Positions 8,999 to 19,158 are shown, counted from the stretch's first letter. The stretch is DNA of 64,000 nucleotides from Vicingus sp. (GCA_036171675.1 JAVHRO010000080.1:10413-74412), one strand, 5' to 3'. Numbers and translations: made by a program. The notes: generated by a model from the sequence alone, not told the origin.

Positions 8999-11401
8999 TT
9001 ATTGAATTACAATTTTATGAACTTCAACACCTTTTGTTGAGGTAATATTTACAAAATAAACTCCTTTGGCTTCTTCTCTTAAATCAATTTCTTGATGAGC
9101 AGCAGTAAGGCTATTTTTGTAAACCACTTGACCTTGTAAATTCATTACTTCAACAGTTGCTTTTTCGCCAACTTTAGTGGTTATATTAAACAAACCATTG
9201 TTTGGGTTTGGATAAATGGTAAATACATGGTTAGTTTTTGTTTCGATAGAGGTTGATAGATCAACTGTAATATCATCAATGAAAATTCTCCACATACCTG
9301 GATCGCTATAAGCATAGAAACCAATATTATAGTTTCCAGATATAGCAGGTGTAAATTGTGCTGTTGCGTTAGCAAATGTGATGTTATTAAAAGTACTATC
9401 AAACAACAAATTCGTCATAGATCCAGAACTTTGAGCAGTACCATACATAACTTTTAATTTTTCTGAGTATGTTGCGCTTTGAGCTCTATAAGCAAAAGAT
9501 AATTGATAAGTTTGACCTCCAGTTAGGTTCAATGTTGGTGTAAAAACCCAATCATCATCAGCTATAGAACCATTGTAAGTAATGGCTAATGAGTTTGGTG
9601 CTGTATTAAAAACTGTATTGTAAGAAACCCAAGTATAAGCATCTGCATTTGCGTTATCTACTAACCATCCACATGGAGTGTTTGGTGTTGTTACTCCATC
9701 AAAGTTTTCTGTCCATGGGAAAGTTGATATTGTAGGAGGTATACAAGGAGTCATAAATGTTAATGGACCAGTCCAATTTGAAGTATCGCCAACGCCACAT
9801 GTAGATCTCACATAAAACTGGTAAGCCATATCTGGCATTAAAGGTTGAACTGTGTAAGGATTGCTTGTGGTTGTGTCAATAGTACCTGTGCCTAAAGCAA
9901 ATCCTGCTACGCCCCATTGAACTTGCCATTCGGTTGCTGTTCCATTTTCTGTCCAACCTACCAATGCATAAAAAGGATTAACAAAAATAGCTGTTAAATT
10001 AGATGGAGCCGAACATGTTGGGGCTTCATGAATATCAACATCATCAATAGCAACATCATCGAAATAATCTGTTCCGTTAGTTTCATTCACGATAAATTTT
10101 AATTGAATAGGACCCGTTACAGTAAGTGAAGATAAATTAACAATAATTTTTTCCCACTCGCCACTAAATGTATTAGTGTTATGTGTGTAGAAACCTACAT
10201 TCCATGAAGCACCATCCCATACATCAATCGAAAAATCAACATTAGTATAGCCTTCGTTATTGCTGATTAAATAAAAAGATAATTCTGGGCTTGCCAACGC
10301 ACTCACATCAACTAATGGGCTTGCTAAAGTCGTATTTAAACTACTTGGTGAGGAATCATCTACCCAAGCAAAATATGATCCGCTTGTTGTTGCTCCTCCC
10401 ATGGTACCATTATTACCTAAATGGTTAAATATACCAGTATTAGAAAACATCCATGGTTCTGTATTTGAAGCACCTTGATTCCAACAGTTTGGAATAGTAC
10501 CAGCATTCTCAAAATTTTCATTCCAAGGAGCAATCAATGGAGTACATAAAGTAGTAAATGTAAAAGGACCAGTCCAAGTGCTTGTACCTGAACCACCGCA
10601 ATCTGCTTGAACATAAAATTGGTAAGAAGTATTTGGGCTTAGCCCTATTAAGCTATACGGATTGGTAGTTGTTCCTGTCACCGGAATTCCTGTTCCTTGA
10701 GCAAATCCTGTTGTTCCCCACTCTAAATTCCAAGTGGTTGCAGTACCATTTTCTGTCCAACCTAAATTAGCAGAGTTATAAGTTATTCCTGATGCTGTTA
10801 ATGCAGATAAAGGAAGACATGCTGGAACAACTTCAACGCTAACGTCATCTAAAAAAATGTTATTTCCATATTCAGATATCCCTTTGAAAATAATATAGTT
10901 GGTAGCTGTATTAAATGTGCCTGGTATTGCAAAAGTGTATTTATACCAACCATTACCAGGTTCTGAAGGGGTTGCACCAATGTGTCTATTTATTGTTCCT
11001 AGAAGTGTTCCAGCAGCAGACGCTTGAGTAGTATTGGCATAAACCTCAACTTTATCAAAACTAGAGGAATAAGCAGCATCCCTATACATCCAAAATGAAA
11101 CTTGGTATGGACCCCCAACTGACAAATCAACAACAGCACTTGCCAAATCAGCAGCTAACCCAGTAGCGTAACTATAAGCGTTAAATTCAGCCATAGCAGT
11201 ACCACTGTGCGTAGTACATGTTGGACTAGTACCTGAAGATACGCTAAACCAGGTGTTTGTTCCACCACTTCCAGCTACTTGAATGTTAGTCCACCCAGTT
11301 GGAGGAAATGTACCCCCATCAAAGTTTTCAGTGAGTACTTGTGCATTTGCCTGCCAACTAAATAAAGCAAGAAATGTCGTTAAAAAGGTAATTTTTTTCA
11401 T
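8999..11401 (-). CDS. T9SS type A sorting domain protein with FN3 and adhesin/MAM-like modules
   Basis: Signal peptide; two FN3 repeats (GWTENGTAT); ENF-x-G and IDDV module boundaries; C-terminal IYPNPNNG...KGVYFV..HKIVIQ. Confidence 0.9.
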   Translation of the reverse strand: MKKITFLTTFLALFSWQANAQVLTENFDGGTFPPTGWTNIQVAGSGGTNTWFSVSSGTSPTCTTHSGTAMAEFNAYSYATGLAADLASAVVDLSVGGPYQVSFWMYRDAAYSSSFDKVEVYANTTQASAAGTLLGTINRHIGATPSEPGNGWYKYTFAIPGTFNTATNYIIFKGISEYGNNIFLDDVSVEVVPACLPLSALTASGITYNSANLGWTENGTATTWNLEWGTTGFAQGTGIPVTGTTTNPYSLIGLSPNTSYQFYVQADCGGSGTSTWTGPFTFTTLCTPLIAPWNENFENAGTIPNCWNQGASNTEPWMFSNTGIFNHLGNNGTMGGATTSGSYFAWVDDSSPSSLNTTLASPLVDVSALASPELSFYLISNNEGYTNVDFSIDVWDGASWNVGFYTHNTNTFSGEWEKIIVNLSSLTVTGPIQLKFIVNETNGTDYFDDVAIDDVDIHEAPTCSAPSNLTAIFVNPFYALVGWTENGTATEWQVQWGVAGFALGTGTIDTTTSNPYTVQPLMPDMAYQFYVRSTCGVGDTSNWTGPLTFMTPCIPPTISTFPWTENFDGVTTPNTPCGWLVDNANADAYTWVSYNTVFNTAPNSLAITYNGSIADDDWVFTPTLNLTGGQTYQLSFAYRAQSATYSEKLKVMYGTAQSSGSMTNLLFDSTFNNITFANATAQFTPAISGNYNIGFYAYSDPGMWRIFIDDITVDLSTSIETKTNHVFTIYPNPNNGLFNITTKVGEKATVEVMNLQGQVVYKNSLTAAHQEIDLREEAKGVYFVNITSTKGVEVHKIVIQ

Positions 11402-11514
11402 ACTATTAAGGTTTTAGTGAATAAATAAGATGTGTAATAAATTCAAATTTCGATAAAAAATAAACAAAAAACATGAATTTAATCACTTTTTAAACTTTTA
11501 GGCTTTCTTCGTGG

Positions 11515-12639
11515 TTACTTTTTATCAGCTAAAAACAAACGTTTTACCCTTGGAGAGATGGAAGATAAAATTTCGTAGGGTATGGTTTGAAGCAGTGCAG
11601 ACAAATTAAGGGTTGATGGTTGGTCGTAAAAAATAAATACTTCATCATCTTCTTTACAGTTAATATCCGTTACATCAATCATACACATATCCATACATAT
11701 CGAACCTATTGTTGGTGCATATTTTCCATTCAGTTTCATTTGCCATTTGCCATTTCCAATTCTTCGGCTAATTCCATCAGCATAACCAATAGGTAAGGTT
11801 GCAATTTGCATTTCTTTTTTTGCCAAGCCTCTTCTCCCATAACCAATGGTGTCTCCTTTTGGAATGGTTTTAAGTTGGGCAATTTTACATTTTAAAACAA
11901 CAACATTTTTTATGTGTTTGGAATCTTTTTCATCGGCAACAAAGCCATACAAAGCTATACCCAAACGAACCATATCAAATTGGGCACCAGAAAAACGTAA
12001 TGCTCCATTCGAATTTAAAATGTGTTTATCAAATTGATAAGTAATTTTTTTTTCGATTGCTGGTATTAATTGATTAAACAAACTGATTTGTTTTTGGGTA
12101 AACTCGTCATGTTCTGGCTGATCGGAAGTAGCTAAATGTGAAAAAACACTTTCTATTTTAATAACAGGATTTTTTTTTAATTGATGAATTAATTTAGGGA
12201 CTTCATTTGCACTAAAGCCTAACCGATGCATACCCGTATCGAGTTTAATATTAATGAAATAGTGTTCGAATTTTGTTGGATGATGAGCCAACGCTTTTAT
12301 CAATGCTTTTAACGAATGAAACGAAAAAATTACAGGACTTAATTGGTGTTCAATAATTAAATCGAAACTTTCCAACTCTGGTTTCATTACCATTATTGGA
12401 GTTTTGATTCCTGCTTTTCGCAACTCAACCCCCTCTAATATATTGGCAACCCCAAAATAATCTACCTGTTGATTTTCCATCAATTTAGCCACGCCTGTTG
12501 GTCCTAAACCGTAGCCGTAAGCCTTTACCATTACCATTATCTTGGTGGTGGGTTTTAGTTTCGATTTAATGTAATTTAGGTTGTGAACTAAACTTTTAGC
12601 ATCAATTTCGAGGACGGTATCGTAATGGAGTTTTTTAAT
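11515..12639 (-). CDS. alr: Alanine racemase (start codon uncertain, upstream of track ATG 12537)
   Basis: MVKAYGYG PLP lysine, KLDTGMHRLG, IGYADG, GSICMDM; the open frame upstream reads HYDTVLEIDAKSLVHNLNYIKSKL. Confidence 0.9.
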   Translation of the reverse strand: MKKLHYDTVLEIDAKSLVHNLNYIKSKLKPTTKIMVMVKAYGYGLGPTGVAKLMENQQVDYFGVANILEGVELRKAGIKTPIMVMKPELESFDLIIEHQLSPVIFSFHSLKALIKALAHHPTKFEHYFINIKLDTGMHRLGFSANEVPKLIHQLKKNPVIKIESVFSHLATSDQPEHDEFTQKQISLFNQLIPAIEKKITYQFDKHILNSNGALRFSGAQFDMVRLGIALYGFVADEKDSKHIKNVVVLKCKIAQLKTIPKGDTIGYGRRGLAKKEMQIATLPIGYADGISRRIGNGKWQMKLNGKYAPTIGSICMDMCMIDVTDINCKEDDEVFIFYDQPSTLNLSALLQTIPYEILSSISPRVKRLFLADKK

Positions 12640-12656
12640 GTTTCTTAAATTTAGTA

Positions 12657-13229
12657 TTAATTATTTGCATTAAAACAGCTTCTACAAAGTGGTTCATACG
12701 CATCTAACTCACCCAGTTGAACTAATTTTTCACCAGCAACAATACGGTGAGAATAATGAGCCAACTCACCACATTTTACACAAATTGCATGTACTTTAGT
12801 AACATATTCGGCACAAGCCATAATACCCGGCATGGGTCCAAATGGATTGCCTTTATAGTCCATATCCAATCCTGCTACAATTACCCGAATTCCACTAGCA
12901 GCAAGTTGGTTACATACGTTAACTAATCCATCGTCAAAAAATTGAGCCTCATCAATACCAACCACATCAACATTATTAGCCAATAAAATTATATTTGATG
13001 ATGATGGAACAGGTGTAGAATGAATTTCATTGGCATCGTGCGAAACCACTTTTTCTACATCATAACGGGTATCGATTTCTGGCTTAAAAATTTCTAATTT
13101 TTGTTTGGCAAATTGAGCACGTTTCATTCTACGAATCAACTCTTCGGTTTTACCCGAAAACATTGAGCCGCAAATCACTTCAATCCAACCTCTTTTTTTT
13201 GTTGGGTTTGTGGTATTTTCTAAAAACAT
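12657..13229 (-). CDS. tdk: Thymidine kinase
   Basis: [13 protein letters not shown]-loop, IDEAQFF, zinc motifs C..CG and CRSC. Confidence 0.97.
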   Translation of the reverse strand: MFLENTTNPTKKRGWIEVICGSMFSGKTEELIRRMKRAQFAKQKLEIFKPEIDTRYDVEKVVSHDANEIHSTPVPSSSNIILLANNVDVVGIDEAQFFDDGLVNVCNQLAASGIRVIVAGLDMDYKGNPFGPMPGIMACAEYVTKVHAICVKCGELAHYSHRIVAGEKLVQLGELDAYEPLCRSCFNANN

Positions 13230-13242
13230 GCGTTAATCTTCT

Positions 13243-13250
13243 TAATTTTG
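13243..13250 (+). promoter_or_regulatory. Bacteroidota -7 element
   Basis: TAATTTTG overlaps the track's TTG start at 13248, favouring ATG 13311. Confidence 0.5.
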
Positions 13251-13310
13251 AAGTACGTTACAAAAGTAAATTACTTAATTTTAATTTTTAATATAAATCT
13301 TGTCGAAGTT

Positions 13311-13961
13311 ATGGAAATTGAACAATTGCGCAAAGAATTTAATCAAATTTTGGATAACATCAACGAACATTCAGCTCGATTTACTGAAAAACCTTACTTA
13401 CCACTTTTGGAAGTAAATGTAATGATGGCAAAAATCAATAAACTTCAAGAAACCGCCGCCATACTAAAATACCTGCTAATTAATAAAGACGAAAAGCGAC
13501 GCCAATTAGAAAAAATAGAGGAAAAAACACCAATAATAGCAACTGTTAATGAGCCAAAAGAAAAAATAGTTAACCCAACCGTGGCTCTTGTTGCTCAAGA
13601 AGAAGAAAAACCTATTATTGAAACACTAACTCCAGTTTATCAATCCGAAATAATCCATAAAAAAGTTATTGAACATAACCCTCCTCTAACTGAAAGTAAA
13701 TCAGTTAGTGATAAGTTTTTACATGCACCAATTTCGTCACTAAAAGACGCCTTTTCGTTAAACGACAGGTATTTGTTTGCTAATGAATTGTTTAAAAAAG
13801 ATATGACGTTATTTAACGAAACCATCAAAAATATTGATGCATGTAAATCGATTGCTGAAGCCCAAGAATTATTGAGCAAATTAAAAACTGTCTTTAATTG
13901 GGACGACGAAAACGAAAGAGTAATTAACTTTTACGAATTGGTTGAACGTAGATTTTTATAA
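13311..13961 (+). CDS. Conserved Bacteroidota hypothetical protein
   Basis: C-terminal AFSLNDRYLFANELF...W...F..LVERRF; abuts the next gene; start reassigned to ATG 13311. Confidence 0.7.
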   Translation: MEIEQLRKEFNQILDNINEHSARFTEKPYLPLLEVNVMMAKINKLQETAAILKYLLINKDEKRRQLEKIEEKTPIIATVNEPKEKIVNPTVALVAQEEEKPIIETLTPVYQSEIIHKKVIEHNPPLTESKSVSDKFLHAPISSLKDAFSLNDRYLFANELFKKDMTLFNETIKNIDACKSIAEAQELLSKLKTVFNWDDENERVINFYELVERRFL

Positions 13962-15227
13962 ATGAACTTGTTTCGCTTATATGGTTTATTAGTGCTTGGA
14001 CTAATTTTTAATACTTCCAACGCCCAAAACCTTTCCTATGCAAAAAAAATAATTGACACGCTTACTTCTCCAGTATTTGAAGGCAGAGGTGCTGTAAATA
14101 ATGGAGAACAAAAGGCTGCACAATTTATTGAAGAAGAATTTAAGCGTTTAGGATTACAAGCCATTAACAGCCGATACATACAAAAATTTAATTATCCGAT
14201 TAATACCTTTCCTGGTGAATTAACGGTACGTGTTGACCAAAAAAATATGGTTGCAGGAATTGATTATTTGGTACTTCCACAATCGTGTAAAATGACGGGC
14301 GATTTTCAATTAATTTGGTATTCCGAATCGAATATTCCAAGTATAAAAAAATTGAAAAAGTTGGCTACTGAGCAGTTTTTTGAGAACAAATTTGTAGTGA
14401 TTGACCACCTTGGAGCCAAACAAAAGTTAGAAGAATTTGATTTGCTAAAACGAAATACCATAGGGGCTTCGGGTATTATTTTACTTGAAGAAAACAAACT
14501 CACTCACTCGCTTTCGTCCAATCTTACCGACTTTGTAACCCTTGTGGTGATGAGAACATCAATAAACAGTTTTTCCAAAACTATTTCAGTACATATCGAC
14601 CAAAAATATGTTTCAAGTTGTTCATCACAAAATTTAATTGGAAAACTTATTGGAACAACACAACCCGATTCAATCGTAGTTGTTACGGCACATTACGACC
14701 ATTTAGGAAGAATGGGTAAAGATGTTTATTTTCCAGGAGCCAACGACAATGCAAGTGGTGTAGCCATGTTGTTAAACTTAGCTGAATATTACAGTGAAAA
14801 TCCACCTAAAAAGTCGATTGTTTTTATGGCATTCGGTGCCGAAGAAGCTGGAATTATTGGGTCAAAATATTTTACCGAACATCCAACATTTGCATTAAAA
14901 AGTATTAATTTTTTACTCAATCTCGATTTAATGGGAACGGGTGTTGATGGTATTCAAGTCGTAAATGGTTCAGTTTACCAATCGCATTTCGATAAACTTG
15001 TTGAAATTAACGAACGAGAACATTATTTACCACAAATAAAAATAAGAGGGAAGGCTGCCAACTCCGACCATTATTGGTTTTCAGAAAAGGGAGTTCCTGC
15101 ATTTTTTATTTATACCTTGGGAGGAATTACTGCCTATCACGATGTTTATGATGTGTCTTCGACTTTACCTCTTACAAAATTTGAAGATTGTTTCAGATTA
15201 ATAAAAAATTTTGTAGACGATTTGTAG
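13962..15227 (+). CDS. M28 family metallopeptidase, secreted
   Basis: Signal peptide; AHYDH, GANDNASG, AEEAG, SDHYWF, AYHDVYD. Confidence 0.9.
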   Translation: MNLFRLYGLLVLGLIFNTSNAQNLSYAKKIIDTLTSPVFEGRGAVNNGEQKAAQFIEEEFKRLGLQAINSRYIQKFNYPINTFPGELTVRVDQKNMVAGIDYLVLPQSCKMTGDFQLIWYSESNIPSIKKLKKLATEQFFENKFVVIDHLGAKQKLEEFDLLKRNTIGASGIILLEENKLTHSLSSNLTDFVTLVVMRTSINSFSKTISVHIDQKYVSSCSSQNLIGKLIGTTQPDSIVVVTAHYDHLGRMGKDVYFPGANDNASGVAMLLNLAEYYSENPPKKSIVFMAFGAEEAGIIGSKYFTEHPTFALKSINFLLNLDLMGTGVDGIQVVNGSVYQSHFDKLVEINEREHYLPQIKIRGKAANSDHYWFSEKGVPAFFIYTLGGITAYHDVYDVSSTLPLTKFEDCFRLIKNFVDDL

Positions 15228-15228
15228 T

Positions 15229-15236
15229 TAACTTTG
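15229..15236 (+). promoter_or_regulatory. Bacteroidota -7 element
   Basis: TAACTTTG 19 nt before the thioesterase ATG. Confidence 0.55.
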
Positions 15237-15255
15237 CAGAAGTAAACAAGGAACC

Positions 15256-15768
15256 ATGAGCAAAACAAAAACAGCAGAATCGACAAAAGCAATTATGACA
15301 GAAATTGTGTTGCCTAACGATACCAATACGTTGAACAATTTAATGGGAGGACGTTTGTTGCATTGGATGGATATTTGTTCAGCCATTTCTGCACATCGTT
15401 GTTGCAATAGAGTCGTTGTTACTGCATCGGTAAACAATGTTTCATTTTCGCACCCCATCCGATTAGGTGACATTGTTACCCTCGAAGCAAAAGTTTCCAG
15501 AACGTTTAACTCATCCATGGAAGTTTTTATTGATGTTTTTGTTGAAGATCATCGAACCGGAACAAGAAAACAATGTAATAACGCCATTTATACCTTTGTT
15601 GCGGTAGATCAAATTGGTAATCCCATAAGCGTTCCAGAATTAACTCCCGAAACTAACGATGAACACGAACGTTTTGCAGGGGCATTAAGAAGAAGACAAT
15701 TGAGTTTGATTTTAGCTGGAAAAATGAAACCTTCTGATGCCACAGAATTAAAAAAAATATTTGAGTAA
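15256..15768 (+). CDS. Acyl-CoA thioesterase (HotDog fold)
   Basis: VLPNDTNTLNNLMGGRLLHWMD, VVTASV..VSF..PI..GD. Confidence 0.92.
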   Translation: MSKTKTAESTKAIMTEIVLPNDTNTLNNLMGGRLLHWMDICSAISAHRCCNRVVVTASVNNVSFSHPIRLGDIVTLEAKVSRTFNSSMEVFIDVFVEDHRTGTRKQCNNAIYTFVAVDQIGNPISVPELTPETNDEHERFAGALRRRQLSLILAGKMKPSDATELKKIFE

Positions 15769-15844
15769 CGCCTTAGTTATTAAATAAAAAAATTCGGAAT
15801 TAAACCATTGCTATTGGTTAATTTTATAAATTCGCAACCCCTAA

Positions 15845-16855
15845 ATGAAGTTAGATTTTTACATAAGCCAGTTATTGTTTCGTTACGATTGTGTTATCGT
15901 TCCGAATCTAGGTGGATTTGTAACTAACTACAAACCCGCGAGTATACATCCCATAAAAGACACTTTTTACCCACCCTCAAAAGGTATTTCGTTTAATAAA
16001 AATTTGATTCATAACGATGGATTATTGGCGAATGCCATAAGTTTAGATACTCAAATTACCTACGAGGCAGCTTTACAATTGATTGAAAAAATTGTGATAA
16101 GCATTCAGCAAGAGTTAAAAAACAGAAATAAAGTTAGTTTCGAAAATGTTGGTGTGCTGTTTTACGACCCTGAAAATCGGCTTCAATTTGAGCCTTCGTC
16201 GGTGGTGAACTATTTGCTCGAATCTTATGGTTTAAGTTCATTTCAACAGTTTAATATAAAACGTAAAACCCTTGAAGATCAACTTAAGGAAACCCCAATA
16301 CTACCTATACGTTCAACTCAAAAAACCAAAAAATGGATGGCCGCTGCTGCGGTTATTATTCCGTTAGCTGTATTAACCATTTGGATTCCTACTCAATACG
16401 ATTTAGGTGCCGAGGTGAATTTTGCAAATTTAAATCCATTTAAATCTACTGCGCTTTCTGTTTATACAGAACGAACCACATTGCCATCGTTCGAAAAAAT
16501 TGAGTTGCCTAAAGTTGATGAAGCCAATCACACAGTAACATTTTTAAAAAACGAAACACCTATAATTATTACTCAAAAGGTGTATGAATCGCTAAATAAA
16601 ATAGATTCTACTTATGTAAAGACAAAAGTAAACTTATTCAATTTTCATGTTATTGGAGGTTGTTTTGCCGAAAAAAGCAATGCCGAAAAATTTGTTAAAG
16701 AATTGCTAAATGCTGGATTCAATGCTTCTATAATTGGAAAACGAAAAGGTTTATTTAATGTTAGTTATGGCGGTTTTACCTCTAGAAAAGAAGCTGTAGA
16801 GGGCTTGGCTTTAGCCAAAAATCACAACCCAAAAGCTTGGATTTTAACGCTATAA
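15845..16855 (+). CDS. HU-CCDC81 domain plus SPOR domain protein
   Basis: N-terminal YDCVIVPNLGGF...NDGLLA, one TM segment, C-terminal FHVIGGCF..KSNA...PKAWIL. Confidence 0.85.
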   Translation: MKLDFYISQLLFRYDCVIVPNLGGFVTNYKPASIHPIKDTFYPPSKGISFNKNLIHNDGLLANAISLDTQITYEAALQLIEKIVISIQQELKNRNKVSFENVGVLFYDPENRLQFEPSSVVNYLLESYGLSSFQQFNIKRKTLEDQLKETPILPIRSTQKTKKWMAAAAVIIPLAVLTIWIPTQYDLGAEVNFANLNPFKSTALSVYTERTTLPSFEKIELPKVDEANHTVTFLKNETPIIITQKVYESLNKIDSTYVKTKVNLFNFHVIGGCFAEKSNAEKFVKELLNAGFNASIIGKRKGLFNVSYGGFTSRKEAVEGLALAKNHNPKAWILTL

Positions 16856-16865
16856 CACGTTTTTA

Positions 16866-18191
16866 TTAGTTAATTCCAAGTAGATACGATTGGTTAATCC
16901 AATGCGCAGTATCTTTTTGAATATCAACCACAAACAAACTTTCGGGAGCATTTTTAAGCAATGGTAATTTAGCTATTGAGTGGGTTGAAGAAATTTGATT
17001 AGCGCGTTCTGTTAATTGAATATCGTAATTTTTTACTTTTCCTGTAACGATATCAGAAACAACCATCCAACCATTTCCTACGAAAAAGAATACAAGAACA
17101 AAAAAGAATGCTTTTTTTGAAAGTGAAAAGACCAATTTTTTTGTAAAAAATTTGCCTTGGTTAATGGCTAACCCCAACATAAATAGTACAAAAAATAAAC
17201 TAGCAACATTTAATGTTCGGTGCTGTCCTAAAATTCCTGTGGTCCAATAGGTAGGGAAAATACATAGGAAAAGTATGGCAAAAAACACCGCTAATTCTAA
17301 CTTCCAATTTAACTTTTTTAATAATGGAATGGCGTGTTGATGATATTCGGCAATAATAAAAATCATTACTATTCCAGAAAAAGCTAAGAGCCATGTCAAC
17401 GAAAATCTAGCCATTTGCATACCCGAATAAAGCAGTGAATAACTAAAATTTTTATTGTTCGAATAGGTCAACATTCTAACGTCGTTGCCAGGAGAAAATG
17501 ATAAAATGGCGATAAAAATTACGGCAATAATGAGATGAATCGTAAAAAATACCTTATTGTTTTTAGTTTTATATTGGCTGTAATAAAATAGTAACACCGC
17601 CACTAAACCCATAATTAGCGCTATCGATTCTTTCATGCCAATAATTAGAATTAGCATCAACAATAAAATGGCTTGATGAACCGATTTATTCACAATATAC
17701 GTTTGCTGAAAATACTTGACTAAAAATCCAAAATAATATAGCGCAAAACACAATCCTAATTGATAGTAAATTACACTTGTTTGCCAATAAAAAGCTTCGG
17801 CTAAATCGGTAGTTGAGCCTAAAATTGTCAACACAAAACACAAACTTATGATGGATTTGTCCAACCATTTTAGTGAATAAAAAATGGTATGAATAAAATA
17901 AAATGCGCTTGAAACAAAAAGTAAAAAACAAATGAATAAAAATGTTCTATAATACATCAATTCGTTCAGTGAAATAGGAAATGAATACATAAAAATATTA
18001 CCAGTGTACAAGCCATTGGTATAAAAGTACGAATCGACCAATGTTTTTAACAATGGAACTTGTTTGGCTTGATAAGCAAAGCCTAAATCGTCGGCAATGG
18101 GATGTGGAAATCCAAAAAGGTATAAAAAGGGGATGAATAGGACCAGTAAAAAAAATAAAATAGAGCGTTTTTGTTTTTTTGAACTTTCCAT
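16866..18191 (-). CDS. DUF6056-like membrane protein (probable GT-C glycosyltransferase)
   Basis: HPIADD first-loop acidic motif, EAFYW, SPGNDVR, many TM helices. Confidence 0.7.
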   Translation of the reverse strand: MESSKKQKRSILFFLLVLFIPFLYLFGFPHPIADDLGFAYQAKQVPLLKTLVDSYFYTNGLYTGNIFMYSFPISLNELMYYRTFLFICFLLFVSSAFYFIHTIFYSLKWLDKSIISLCFVLTILGSTTDLAEAFYWQTSVIYYQLGLCFALYYFGFLVKYFQQTYIVNKSVHQAILLLMLILIIGMKESIALIMGLVAVLLFYYSQYKTKNNKVFFTIHLIIAVIFIAILSFSPGNDVRMLTYSNNKNFSYSLLYSGMQMARFSLTWLLAFSGIVMIFIIAEYHQHAIPLLKKLNWKLELAVFFAILFLCIFPTYWTTGILGQHRTLNVASLFFVLFMLGLAINQGKFFTKKLVFSLSKKAFFFVLVFFFVGNGWMVVSDIVTGKVKNYDIQLTERANQISSTHSIAKLPLLKNAPESLFVVDIQKDTAHWINQSYLLGIN

Positions 18192-18193
18192 GC

Positions 18194-19150
18194 TTAACTA
18201 AAAAAAGCGTGTTCAATTTTATCTGCTAAAACCGACGAAAGTTTGATGTACGATTCCACCGTCCAACCCGCCACATGAGGACTTAATATTACTTTTTCGG
18301 ATTTAGTAAGATAAATAAAATCTTCAGGTAATGCTTTTTTGCTGATGGTTTCGAACGATTTGGTTTCGTATTCTAACACATCTAAACAAGCCCCTAAAAT
18401 GTATCCCGATTTTAATCCTTGAACCAAATCGGCAATTTTTACATGATTACCCCTTGCTGTATTTATCAAATAAAATGGCTTTTTGCACGAATTGATAAAC
18501 GCTGCATTTATATAGTATTGCGTTTCGAGAGTTAATGGCAAGTGTATGCTTATGATGTCTGCTTTTTCTTTCAATGCTTCTAACGAAACCTCCTGAATTA
18601 GTGAAGTTCCAAAACCAGTTTTATATTTATCATGAGCCAAAATAGTGCAATCGAAACCTGCTAATTTGTTAGCGAACGAACTTCCCATAAAACCAAAACC
18701 AATTATTCCAACAGTTTTTCCCGACAGTTCTAACCCACGGTTTCCTTCTCTATCCCAAGTGACATTTCGAACTTCGGTGTCGCCTTTTTTGAGCTGATTA
18801 AACAGTGCTAACAACATTCCTACTGCATGTTCGCCAACAGCATCCCTATTTCCTTCAGGTGAATTAATAACTTTTACCCCTTGTTGTTGGGCATAATCCA
18901 CATCAATATTTTCTAATCCAGCGCCTGATCGAGCAATAAATTTAAGATGTATAGCTGCATCTAAAAAAAGTTTATCGATGGTTATTCTGCTTCGAATAAC
19001 TACACCTTGATAATTGCATATTTTAGCCTCTAAATCGGCTTTTGATGAGTTGTAATCGTGCTCGCAAACTACACCAAGTTTTACTAAGCGTTGCTCTAAA
19101 ATGGGGTGAACCGAATCGATAAATAAGACTTTTTTTATCACAACAAACAA
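18194..19150 (-). CDS. D-2-hydroxyacid dehydrogenase (SerA-like, no ACT domain)
   Basis: RSGAGLENID, GIIGFGFMG Rossmann motif, NTARG, LDVLE, SPHVAG. Confidence 0.9.
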   Translation of the reverse strand: MFVVIKKVLFIDSVHPILEQRLVKLGVVCEHDYNSSKADLEAKICNYQGVVIRSRITIDKLFLDAAIHLKFIARSGAGLENIDVDYAQQQGVKVINSPEGNRDAVGEHAVGMLLALFNQLKKGDTEVRNVTWDREGNRGLELSGKTVGIIGFGFMGSSFANKLAGFDCTILAHDKYKTGFGTSLIQEVSLEALKEKADIISIHLPLTLETQYYINAAFINSCKKPFYLINTARGNHVKIADLVQGLKSGYILGACLDVLEYETKSFETISKKALPEDFIYLTKSEKVILSPHVAGWTVESYIKLSSVLADKIEHAFFS

Positions 19151-19158
19151 TTTTTTTG

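Noticed and set aside
11515-12663. Bifunctional MurF-Alr fusion typical of Bacteroides
   Set aside because: An in-frame stop at 12663-12661 and tdk lie directly upstream; there is no MurF sequence.
13248-13310. Track start TTG 13248
   Set aside because: It overlaps a TAnnTTTG promoter element; ATG 13311 is more plausible.
4718-16865. Active invertible (phase-variable) segment
   Set aside because: No inverted repeats at the junctions and no recombinase in the window.
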